This document shows positions 11,987 through 24,118 of a stretch of DNA of 64,000 nucleotides, in pieces. The position numbers and the translations under genes were made by a program. This stretch comes from Octopus sinensis (taxonomy: Eukaryota), in the NCBI RefSeq assembly GCF_006345805.1, contig NC_043000.1, forward strand, positions 23,126,001 through 23,190,000, in the 5' to 3' direction. Below the pieces are notes generated by a model. It saw only the letters and a list, made by a program, of their open reading frames with translations, had not been told where the DNA came from and did not search any database. Position 1 is the first letter of the stretch. Each line of letters starts with the position of its first letter.

Positions 11987-12653
11987 TGGTTGAAATGCTT
12001 TTGATCATAGGTTTCATGGATCAAGTTTGACCTGGGGTTAAACAATGACTAAAAAAATATTTTAGGAAGATGGACTTTTTTTTTACTTTTATTTCCAAGA
12101 ATTAATAACTTCTGTGAGGAACGTATAACTGTAGATGAGTAGAGACAGATGGAGGTTTGTGGCTTGTTGGAAGATAATCAGATCAGATTAATTAGTGGCT
12201 TTGGTGATGTCAAGGGCAACAACTTTGATTTTGCTCTCGTAGTATAGATATAAGGGGTGAGGTTGTGGAAGTCAAAGTGAAGGAAGTAGTATGTAAGTGA
12301 AGTACCATAGAAGTCACTGCTGAATAGTTTCAGCTGTGCTTGAGCAAACAGATGGTTTTGTGAAGTCACACGGTGAATTTATAAGACTAATGCACAGATT
12401 TAACACATTGATTTTATTGTACTTTAGTTTCTTCTCCCAAGGCACATTACTCTTTTACTTGTTTCAGTCATTTGACTGTGGCCATGCTGGAGCACCACCT
12501 TTAGTCGAGCAAATCGACCCCAGGACTTATTCTTTGTAAGCTTAGTACTTATTCTATTGGTCTCTTTTGCCGAACAGCTAAGTTACGGTCACGTAAACAC
12601 ACTAGTATTGGTTGTCAAGTGATGTTGGGGGGGGACAAACATATAGGCACAAG

Positions 12654-12760
12654 GCTTAATGATAACTAAGTTATTTTACTAAATTCTTTGTTATGTTGAA
12701 AATTAATTGAAAGAAACACAGAGCATCTCAAAAAAAAAGATACAGTAATGAAAGGGTTAA
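12654..12760. mobile_element. Right half of a second TTAA MITE family
   Basis: Ends GTAATGAAAGGGTTAA; begins with the 16-mer GCTTAATGATAACTAA shared with 14015-14030. Confidence 0.7.
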
Positions 12761-13256
12761 ACTGTTGCAAATAAACAACTGCAGTGTTGTATTATTGATG
12801 GAGGTAATAATGCTTTCTGTTATAGGCTCAAGGCCTGGAATTTGGGGAAAGGGACAGTCGATTACATCAACCCCAGCACTTATCTGGTACTTGATTTATT
12901 GATCCTGAAATGATGAAAAGCAAAGTTGACTTCAGTGGAATTTGAACTCAGAATGAAAAGACAGACAAAATACCACTAAGCATTTTGTTCGGCATGCTAA
13001 CAATTCTGCCAGCTCACCGCCTTAATCATAATAATAGTAATAATGGTTTCAAATTTTGCCACAAGGGCAGCAGTTTTAGGGGAGGGGATGAGTCAATTAC
13101 ATCAACCCCTGCATTCACCTGGTACTTATTTTATCGACCCTGAAAAGATGAAAGGCAAATTCAACCTTGGCAGAATTTGAATTCAGAATGTAGTGGCACA
13201 TGAAATACCACCAAGCATTTTGCCCAGTGTGCTAACAATTCTGCCAGTTTGCCACC

Positions 13257-13257
<1 letters not shown>

Positions 13258-13292
<35 letters not shown>

Positions 13293-13410
13293 TAATATGA
13301 TAATAATAATAATAATGATAATATGATAATAATAATAATAATGATAATATGATAATAATAATAATAATAATAATATGATGATGATAATAATAATAATAAT
13401 AATAATAATC
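13258..13410. repeat. (AAT)n microsatellite with ATGAT variants
   Basis: Read directly. Confidence 0.95.
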
Positions 13411-13888
13411 ATTTCTGCTACAGGTACAAGGCCTAAAGTTTGGGGGGAAGGGTTATATACATCAACCCCAGTACTATACATCATCATCATCATCATTATT
13501 TAACGTCTGCTTTCCATGCTGGCATGGGTTGGACGGTTAAATTGAAAACTGGTAAGCCGGGATCTGCACCAGGTTCCGATCTGATTTGGCAAGGTTTTTA
13601 CAGCTGGATGCTTTTCCTAATGCCAACCACTCCAAGAGTGCAGTGGGTACTTTCTATGTGCCACCAGCACAGGTGCCAATAACCTGACACTGGCATCAGC
13701 CATGACTACAGTCTTATGTTATTTTATCAACCGCCAGGAGGATGAAAGGCAAAGTTTACCTCAACAGCATTTGAATTCAAAACATAAAGAAAGGCAAAAT
13801 GCCACTGAGCATTTTGCCCGGCATGCTAATGATTCTGCCAGCTCAATGCCTCCACAGTTTCAACATAATAGAGTATCTCAGTACATTC

Positions 13889-14030
13889 TTAACCCTTTCG
13901 TTACCAACCTGGCTGCAACCACTTCTGGCTCTTTAGTATAAATGTCTTGTTTTCATAAGTTTTGAATTAAAATCTTCCACCAAACCTTAGTCACAATTTA
14001 TATTCCTAACACTAGCTTAATGATAACTAA
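13889..14030. mobile_element. Left half of the second TTAA MITE family
   Basis: Starts TTAACCCTTTCGTTAC (15/16 inverted match to 12745-12760); ends at the shared 16-mer. Confidence 0.7.
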
Positions 14031-14264
14031 CTTACTTTACTCTTTTACTTGTTTCAGTCATTTGACTGTGGCCATGCTGGAGCACCACCTTTAGTCATGC
14101 AAATCGACCCCAGGACTTATTCTTTGTAAGCCTAGTACTTATTCTATTGGTCTCTTTTGCAGAATCGCTGAGTTACGGAGACGTAAACACACCCCCATCA
14201 GTTGTCAAACGATGTTAGGGGGACAAACACAGGCACACAAACATATACACACACATACATACAT

Positions 14265-14338
<74 letters not shown>

Positions 14339-17214
14339 TACAATGAGCTTCTTTCACTTTCTGTATCTTAGCAATTCAGCAATACGCACCAATGAAATAA
14401 GTCCTGGGGTTGATTTATTCGACTAAAAATTCTTCAAGGTGGTGCCCCAGCATGGCTGCAGTTTAATGACTGAAACAAGAAACAGATAAAAGATAATGAA
14501 AAGCAAAATGCTGCCAGTCAAAATCATGTATGACCTAGCAGCTTGTATCATTCTTTCACTTGTCTGTTTAGATGCCTTTGTAGTTGTGAGTAGACATAGA
14601 TAGACTCTTGGCATGCCACCCTTGATTCAGCTGAACATCAAGGATGTGATGCCTGGAAGAAGAGAGAGACAGCTGCAGTTGAGTTCTGGTGAATAATGTG
14701 GAAAGAAGTTCCTTGCTCAATGGTACAATGGTGATGGTGGCAAGCTGGCAGAAACATTAGCACGCCAGGCAAAATATGTAGTGGTATTTCATCTGTCTTT
14801 ATGTTCTGAGTTCAAATTCCACCGAGGTCGACTTTGCCTTTCATCCTTTTGGGAGTCAATTAAATAAGTACCAGTTACGCACTGGGGTCAATGTAATCGA
14901 CTTAATCCCTTTGTCCTTGTTTGTCCCCTCTTTGTTTAATCTCCTTTGGGCAATAAAGAAATAAATGTGAATGAATGAATAAATAAATAAATGGTACAAT
15001 TTGCTGCTCAGGAATTGAACCAATAACCTTATAATCATGAGGCTAATATCCTAACCATTTGGTCATGTACCTAGTGGTTAGGTTAAGTATATTCTTACTC
15101 CTCTTACTAAGAGTATTCCCACCAATGCTATTTAGATCACCTTGGGTAACAGAAGTTGTGCACTCCTTTTTCAAAGTTATTTGGGCATTTAAGAGAATCT
15201 ATTTCACATATAATTGGTCATACTGCTTACTGCATTGTGTATCTGCTACTTTAGAGACTATGTTTTCTGTCACCCTTTCTTTGATTCCACTACACCTTTG
15301 ATGTGCCCACAGTTTACACTGGCCATGCCATATACAATTCCTAACTATATTTTTTCATCATCATCATCATTTTAAAATCTACTTTTCCATGCTTGCATGA
15401 GCCAGATAGAATTTGTTCAGGCAGATTTTCTACAGTTGGATGCCCTTCCTGTCATCAACACTCATCTGTTTCCAAGCAAGGTAATATTTCCCCATGGCCA
15501 GACATATTTTTCACAGAAGACTGGAAACTAATAATATCGTTTGCATGACGATGATGCTCGTTTACAACCATCACACGATGTCAAGAGAAATGTACACACT
15601 GACACACACACACACATATCATCATCATCATCATTTAACATCCACTTTCCATGCTGGCATGGATTGGATGGTTTGACTGGAGACTGGCAAGCCAGGAGAC
15701 TGCACCAGGCTCCAATCTGATCAGGCCAAGTTTCTACAGCTGGAAGCCCTTCCTAATGCCAACCACTCCAAGAGTGTAGTGTGTGCTTTTTATATGTCAC
15801 TGGCATGAGAGCCAGCCAGGGGGCACTGCCATCAATCACGTTCGGATGATACTTTTTACGTGCCACCAGCATGGGAGCCATTCAGGAGGCACTGGCATCG
15901 ACAACATTCGGATGGTGCCTTTTATGTACCACCGGCATGGGAGCTAGTAAGGGGGCACCGGCATCAACCACTTTCAGATGATACTTTTTACATGCCACTG
16001 GCATGGGGGCTTCATTCAGTTTCCATTTACCAGATTCACTCATAAGGCTTTGGACAGTCTGGAGCTATAGTAGAAGTAACTTGCCCAAGGTGCCATGCAG
16101 TGGAACTGAACCTAAGAATACATGGTTGGAAAGCCAGCTTCATACCCACACATCTGTGCCAGCACCTCATTATTTAGCATGTTAAGCAGATGACAGGGCA
16201 TAATAAAAGTTGCAAAGTCCTTTTTTCCTTCTTAATCAATCTCATGTCAATGTTCTGCACAATAATACTCCATAATATTGGATATGGATAATAATTTACT
16301 GCATATTGGCTGTGGCTGTGTGGTAAGAGGTTTGCATCCCAACCACATGGTTTTAGGTTCAATCCCACCTTGGGCAAATGTATTCTACTGCAGCCCTGGG
16401 TTGAACAAAGCCTTGTGAGTAGATTTGGTAGATGGATACTGAAAGAAGCCTATAGTGTGTGTGTGTTACTGTCTCATTATCCTGATATTATGTGGTAATT
16501 ATAAATTAGTGTAATCAGCATACAAATGGTGTCCTTCATTTCTAGTGTTCTGAGAAAATACGTCTGGTCTCTGGTCATGGGGAAAATATTTCCTTACTTG
16601 GAAACAAGTTGGGGTTAGCAACAGGAATGATATCCACCCATAGAAAATCTGCCTTAACAAATTGTGTTTGAACCATGCGAATATGGGAAAATAAAAATAT
16701 ACATTAAACAACGATGATGATGGTGGTGGCGGTGGCGACAGCAGTGATGATGATGATGATGATGATATTATTATTATTATTACCCACAATTGACTAATTT
16801 GTGAAAGGAATTATTTTGTAGGTTACCAAAAGTCAAAAGCAAGAAAATCCATAAACATTTAAAAGCTAAATTCTATGAAGACAGGTTTGAATATTATCAT
16901 ACACGTTCATGCTCACTGACCTCTCTCTATTATATGGAGACATCTTTTAATTAATGCTGTTATGTATGGTCAATTATCGTCATTCAGTAATTCTTTGGTA
17001 TGTCTAAAGAGTCATTGAATACAGATGATGCCATACATAGTCGTGGGCAATGCCTAATACAGCTCCAAACGGTTTTGTTAATACTGTCAATAACTAATAT
17101 GCTGATCGGTTTGTTGCTAACACTGATGTGAATATCACAGTTGGTTATTAAAGTTACTATGTGTGTGTGTGTGTGTGTGGTCACTGTTAGTGTTATTGGT
17201 ATAATGTAACCCAG

Positions 17215-17431
17215 AAGGGCGGCGAGCTGGCAGAATCGTTAGCACGTCAGGCGAAATGCTTACCAGTATTTCATCTGCCGCTACGTTCTGAGTTCAAATT
17301 ACCTTTCAGCCTTTCGGGGTTGATTAAATAAGTACCAGTTACGCACTGGGGTCGATATAATCAGCTTAATCCGTTTGTCTGTCCTTGTTTTTCCTCTCTG
17401 TGTTTAGCCCCTTGTGGGTAATAAAGAAATA
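17215..17431 (+). mobile_element. SINE family E (tRNA-like head; central gcctttcatcctttcggggtcgataaa..agtaccagt domain resembling the Deu/Nin-type SINE core)
   Basis: 17-bp TSD GGTATAATGTAACCCAG (17198-17214 / 17432-17448). Further copies near 5220, 12860(-), 13085(-), 13720(-), 14735, 29657, 46200 and 54638. Confidence 0.85.
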
Positions 17432-19585
17432 GGTATAATGTAACCCAGTACAAACTTTTGCATGATTGGGCTGTCAAAGACTAAACCAATCCTCCTTGAT
17501 AAGGAGGAAGATTTTCATTGGATATGCTGCAGGATGAAAGGAAAAATCTGTCAAAGGACAGGTGAACTCAGTAAAGAATGCAGCTATCCAACAGCTGAGA
17601 GTGAGAGGCCCCTAGTCTTTGTTTAGACTTCTCTCTAGGAGAAAGGATTTCTGAGATAAACCTTCCTCCTGCCTCATTTTGAAACCAGAGATCTTGCTCT
17701 GGCTTGTTTCTGGATGATTTGGTTTTGAATGTGAGTCTTATCAATATTATGCAAGCTGTTATTGGTTTTGTGGAGGTGCATGGCTTAGTGGTTAGGGTGT
17801 CAGAGTCATGATCGTAAGATTGTGGTTTCGATTCCTGGACCGGGCGACGCATTGTGTGCTTGAGCAAAACACTTCATTTCACATTGCTCCAGTCCACTCA
17901 GCTGGCAAAAATGAGTAACACTGCGATGGACTGGCATCCCGTCCAGCTGGGGAACACATACGCCATTGAAACTGGGGAAACCAGGCCCATAAGCCTGGCT
18001 AGGCTTTAAAAGCGAGCATTTATTTTTTTTTTTGTTATTGGTTTTAAATTTCAGCATAAGCATTGCTGACAGCCATTGTCTTTAACATCTACGAAAAGAT
18101 AATATGTCAGTGATGATCATACTTGTCTACAAGTTGACAACCAATATGTGTGTGTGTATGATTCATTGCTCAAGTTTCCTATATAAGATATAACTAACAG
18201 CCACTGGCATAAATGGTCAACGTCAACAGGCTTTCAATGTTACGCTTAAAGTTTCCAGATGTTTCAGAAACTATAAATGCAGCGTAATCAAATTTACATA
18301 ATAACATTTGAGAATCTAATCTCAATATTATTCTACAGCAGAACTAAATGTGGCTCAATAATACATTATTTTTTTTTTTTTCAAGAAGCATTGGAGGCAA
18401 CTCTGAACATATTTCTGCCTTATTAAGACCTTATCAGTAAAGGATAGTCTTTTCTGTATTTGTCAGACTAATGAGGAAGGAATCTGCCAGTGGCATGTAA
18501 AAAGCACCTACCAATCATGGCTGTTGCCAGCCTCCTCTGGCTCCTGTGCCAGTGGCACATAAAAAGCACCCACTACACTCATGAAGTGGTTGGCGTTAGG
18601 AAGTGCATCCAGATGTAGAAACACTGCCAGATCAGACTGGAGCCGGGTGCAGCCTCCTGGCTTCCCAGACACGGTTGAACCATCCAACCCATGCTAGCAT
18701 GGAAAACAGAAGTTTAAACAATGATGATGATGACAAGGTGTGTGTGTGTGTATTCTATATATATATCATCATCATCATCATCATCGTTTAACGTCCGCTT
18801 TCCATGCTAGCATGGGTTGGACGGTTCAACTGGGGTCTGGGGAGCCCAAAGGCTGCACCAGGCCAGTCAGATCTGGCAGTGTTTCTACAGCTGGATGCAC
18901 TTCCTAACGCCAACCACTTCATGAGTGTAGTGGGTGCTTTTTATGTGCCACTGGCACAGGAGCCAGAGGAGGCTGGCAACACTCCGAGAGTGTGTATATA
19001 TATATATATATATATATACAAATAAGACCAATACCTTGTACATACACTTAGTGATTTTTTGATCATCAGCAAGTATGGTGAAATCTGTTCTTTGATGATG
19101 AGGCCATAATAAGATCAAAATATGTCTGTAGTTGTCTCTTTTATTGTGGCTAATATAAAAATATTTTTGTCATTTGCTAATATATTTTTACCCTCTCTTT
19201 ATAAATAATTCTGTTTTGCTTTGCAATGCTTTCTACATTAAATAATGTAACACTAATTCAAATATAGGTTTAAACGTATCGATATATTTTAAATACGTAC
19301 AGCCCTTCCCCTCTGTTGTTGCAAGGCACCTGCTTCTATCCTTCTGTCTCTTTGTCACACTCTAACCTTTCTTCCTCTGACACAAGTTCCCCCTCCTCAG
19401 ATGCCCTGCCCCTCTCATAATTCCTTGTCTTGTGAATTACTTGGTTACCCTGCCAGTGCTGGTGCCACGTTAAAAGTATCCAATCCACACTGTAATGTGG
19501 CTGGTGTTTTGAAGGGCATCCAGCTGTAAAAATCATGTCAAAACTAACTTCACGTGTGCTGGTGCCACCTTAGAAGCACTGAGTT

Positions 19586-19746
19586 AATCATGCATTATCT
19601 CGTATCTTCAAGAGCTTGATGGTGTAATTTCTTAATGTAGAATAACATTGTAGGGTAGGTGTGAGAGCCTGGATCTGGTCAGTTTGAACATAAAACAGAT
19701 TAACTATTTTGGCTGGATATGGCTGGTTTAAATACTAAAGGGTTAA
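19586..19746. mobile_element. Right-hand part of the same TTAA MITE family
   Basis: Near-identical to ~54150-54293; ends AATACTAAAGGGTTAA. Confidence 0.8.
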
Positions 19747-21066
19747 AGCAAAAAGGGAGGATAAATTATATGAGTGATTTTTAGGTACGAAATGTGAAGA
19801 TCCCAATGTACTGGACATTCATTGAATAAATACAATATTTATTTCTGGGGTGAGGGTCTTCATGATGTATCTCTGTTAAAAGTTGCCCTCAAACACTTGA
19901 CTAAGACTACCACAAACCATATTATGCTTCATATCAGTGATTAGCACCTTAGGTATTTCACTTTTCTTGTTGCTTTTATTTTACTGTGGCCATGCTGGAG
20001 CACTGCTTTTAGTCGTGCAAGTCAACCCCAGGACTTATTCTTTGTAAGCCCAGTACTTATTCTATCGGTCTCTTTTGCTGAACCCCTAAGTTATGGGGAT
20101 GTAAACACACCACCATCGGTTGTCAAGCGATGTTGGGGGGACAAACACAGACACACATACATATATATACGACGGCTTCTCTCAGTTTCTGTCTACCAAA
20201 TCCAATCACAAGGCTTTGGTCAGCCCAAGGTGCCACGCAGTGGGACTGAACCCAGAACCATGTGGTTGGTAAGCAGGCTACTTACCACACAGCCACTCCT
20301 ACTTTTCTTGTTGCTTTTATATTGTATTACTTTTTTAGTTCATGAAGGCACATGGCTCAGTGGGCTGACAATCATGAGGTTGTGAGTTCAATTCTTAGAT
20401 CAGGCTGTGTGTTGTATTCTTGAACAAGACACTTTATTTCATGTTGCACCAGTTCACTCATCTGTAGAAATGAGTTGCGAAATCACTGGTGCCAAGCTGT
20501 ATCGGCCTTTGAGTTTCCCTTCGTTAACATCAGAGGCATGGAGTGGGGAAGATGGTATGCATGGGCAACTTTGCCCAGACTTGTGCCTCAGAGGGGAACT
20601 TTCTAGGTGCAATCCCATGGTCATTCACAACCAAAGGGAGCCTTTACCCATTACTCATTTTTTTTTACCTATGGACTCCTTTGATTAGCATTTTATTCTA
20701 ATGAACTCCCATAGCTCTTCAATGATTTAAAACTAGTTTGATAGATACTTCTTTCAAAATTCTTATTTCATTTTTCATCCATTCACTTGTAATGGTTTGC
20801 AATAGTATTCTCTGAGAAAACATGTTTCAGTTGCCAGAAACCTGTTAAACTATGACAAACATTAGAGAAAGAAACCTGACTGTTTCTTGCAATAAATACA
20901 TCAAAAGCAAAATTCCCTTTTCATGGACCCTTAAAATACTCCTGTCAATCCTCAATTTACTATTTTGCTTGTGCAGACCCCCAAAAGTTTTATATAGACC
21001 CCAGTTGAGCACTACTAGTCTAACCTGTGCCATCATTGATGACATATGTTAACTGTTGGAGATAAT

Positions 21067-21510
21067 CAGTGGCGGACTGGGTCTAAAAATATTGGTTGCC
21101 TGGAGACTAAGGGGGTTCGCCTGCAACTACAAAGGGGCCCACCCGCAATTACAAGAGGGCCCGCCTGTAACCACAAGGGGGCTCACCCGCAACTACAAGG
21201 GGGCCCACCCGCAACTACAAGGGGGCCCGCCCACAACTACAAGGGGGGCCCTCCCACAACTACGAGGGGACCTACCCGCAACTACAATGCTATCGTTTAA
21301 TTTTTAATTTTTTTTTGTTAAAAGTATTTCCAACTATCTACAAGCACAGCTACACTGAAATAATGCATTCTTCCTGGAGTGAATAAAAAATTCCCAAACT
21401 TGAGGAGATGGGCCCCTTAGATACTAACACGGGCCCCTGTATATGGATTCTAATGGTGCAGGGGCCCACTTACCATCAGGCAAGCTGGCAACCTGGCCAG
21501 TCCACCACTG
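21067..21510. mobile_element. hAT-type MITE with internal 22-bp tandem array
   Basis: TIRs CAGTGGCGGACTGG / CCAGTCCACCACTG (13/14). 8-bp TSD gagataat / gtgataat (7/8). Confidence 0.85.
21112..21287. repeat. GC-rich minisatellite, 8 copies of ~22 bp (GGGGGCCCACCCGCAACTACAA)
   Basis: Direct tandem units without spacers inside the hAT MITE. Confidence 0.9.
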
Positions 21511-23063
21511 GTGATAATGATGATATTTTTGCTGTCTTTAAATATATTTTAACCTCCCAAAAAATAATAATAATACATTTATGCTGCTTTCATCTGCTTC
21601 GATGTTTTACTAAGTCTCTTTGTTGTTACTAATAAGGTATTGGGAAAAAAATGCTTTTAACATTGTGGCTCTGTATTTGCTGTTGTTGTATTTGATAATT
21701 TCAGAATGAGCTGATTGGACACAGCTGTTCAGATGCTGGTGGTTTGGCATGACTTACTGGACATTCAGTCTCTTTATGCACAGGAACCAAATACACACAC
21801 ACACATGCATATAAACAGAAAGAGAGTGTGAGATAGGGAGATAACAAGAGGAACATTAAAACCAAACACACACACACGAGAAGCAAAACAAGAGAAGCAT
21901 TAAAACATTTGATGTCAAATGGGTCAGTGTCAAATCAGCGACTCCAGATAGGCAGCGCCAAAGAGGCAATGCCGAAATGTATTAAACCCTGAAATTTTAC
22001 CCATAGGAGATGCAACATTGTGGATCAACATCATCATCCTTGTCATCATTTTAGCGTCCACTTTTCCATACTTTCAGAGGTTAAGCAGAATTTATTGAAG
22101 CAGATTTTCTATGGACAGATGCCCTTCCTGTCAACTTTCACCTGTTTCGAAGTAAAGTTAATATATTTCTGCTTGTATGAAGGTGATACTCACAACCATC
22201 ACAAGATATCAAGACAAGAAGACACAAATACACACACATAGACATATACATATGTTTTGATGAATTAATTCTCATATGCAGTGAGAAAGATCACTTGCAC
22301 TGTGCATAGAACTAAATCAATAATTGCTGACATGTTAATGAGCATGATGCAAGATTGGTTAAAATGTGATTTGGCGAAACAATTGTAAATAATGCATTAA
22401 AAGAATATTGCTAACTCCATTCTGTGGCTAATTTGTGGATTTTCTGTTTATTGAAGATGTAGCTTCATGAAACTTCCACCTTTCTAATAGTTGCTACCTA
22501 TAGAAGTGTTTCATGCGGTAAATGCTTGGATTATATGTCCCAACTTACCTGCAACAGATATATTTAAACACACACACACACACATTCTTTCAGTTTCCAC
22601 CTATCAGATCCGCTCACAAGGCTTTAGTTGGTCCTTGACTATAGTAGAAGACAGTTGTCCAGGGTCCCTTACAGTAGGATTGAACCTGAGACCATGACGT
22701 TCTGAAGCAAATGACACAGCCACTTCTGCACCTTTGTAATATGCAATAAATTCTGATTCCATTTCTAGTGGAGCTACTTTCATTTTTTCTTATTCCATGC
22801 ACTTCTGACTATGTCCACTTTGGGTTAACAGCCTTGAAAGAATTGACTTTTTCTTGATATACTACAATGAGATGAAACCTTTAAAAATGACCCATTGACC
22901 CGCTAATGGTTAGGTGGACCATTTCCAATATACGGTTATATTTGTATGTGTAAATATAGATATTGCGTGTTTTTTTATAGATTTCCTGATGTGTGTTGTT
23001 GTCGTTGTTCTATACTTTTTCTGTTTTTTTCAAAAATTGTTTAATTTTTCATACATATTTCAG

Positions 23064-23135
23064 CTTAGAAGAAATTCAACATGATGAGGTTGATTCAGAA
23101 CAGCTAAAAGAGGAAGCTGATGAAATTAGTGAAAG
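23064..23135 (+). CDS. 72-nt acidic coding exon of the same gene (LEEIQHDEVDSEQLKEEADEISE-R)
   Basis: catatttcag acceptor and AAG|gtttgt donor. Phase 2/2, open helical-looking frame. Confidence 0.75.
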
Positions 23136-23430
23136 GTTTGTTGTAATTTTTTTGTCTTAAAAAATGGTTATAATTAACTGACACACACTTACAATGATGG
23201 GAATTCCAGTTGATCCGATCAATAAGAACAGCCTGCTCCTGAAATTAACATGCAAATAGCTAAGCATTCCACAGATATGTGTACCTTTAGCATAGTCCTC
23301 AGAGAGATTCAGCATGACATAGAATATAACAAGGCTGGCCCTTTGAATTATGGGCATAACCCATTTTTGCCAGCTGAGTAGGCTGGAGCAACATGAAATA
23401 AAGTGTCTTGCTCAAGCACACAATGTGTCA

Positions 23431-23717
23431 GGAGAATTCATCTACGAAGCGATTGCCCCAGCTCCCCTTTAGGGTTGGCGAAAGCGATGTGGTGGACAAC
23501 GAAAGACCTGACTGATGACAGTCAAGGCTGATCTGGAACCCAACCTAGGCCCCCATATCTACGGCGTTCGCCGCTGGAATAAGAAGCGGTTGGAGATCAC
23601 GTGGTCATTAGACTCAAATCACCAGGTCTGATCGGCGTTTGTGAGAGATGCAGCATTGAGGATGAATGAAACCAGCTCAACCCACCCCGGGTGAATGCTG
23701 TCTCAAGACAAGACAAA
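23431..23717 (+). mobile_element. 5'-truncated RTE-clade LINE 3' end inserted into a SINE
   Basis: 13-bp TSD ACACAATGTGTCA (23418-23430 / 23718-23730) and (AAGAC)n tail. Translates GWRKRCGGQRKT*LMTVKADLEPNLGPHIYGVRRWN, an RTE-like C-terminus. CpG-rich, so probably young. Confidence 0.75.
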
Positions 23718-24118
23718 ACACAATGTGTCACTGGATATCAAACTCACAACCTTATGATTATGGTCCAAATACCCCAACCCCTAAGCCATATGCTCTCACT
23801 GATGTTATTGACACCATAAATCTGATAGACGAGCCTTCAGCCACCAACACTTTACAACTCTTGGCTCACTGTATTTTCTCTTTACATCTTCTAACACTGT
23901 CACAACAGTCTCTATATTTCCTCCTGACATCACTCAGTTCATTAATTTCTCTCTTCCTCACCCTCAGATGAGTCCGGGTATGGCTGTCTGCTTAAGAAGC
24001 TCACTTCACAACAACATAAATTTCATTGGTCCAGTGCAATCCTTGAGTTTTTATCCAGTCTTTTTCTTCTAGAATCACACCTCCATGAAATTTCACTCTC
24101 TACCCATGTTTTTCCTAG

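Noticed and set aside
21112-21287. CRISPR-like appearance of the 22-bp array, and ORFs 21046-21300 / 21056-21307
   Set aside because: Units are contiguous with no unique spacers and no cas genes. The ORFs just run through a stop-free minisatellite inside a MITE.
23500-23535. GAAA...CTGATGA as another hammerhead
   Set aside because: The required stems cannot be formed. CTGATGA lies in a simple hairpin (GACTG-ATGA-CAGTC) within RTE coding sequence.
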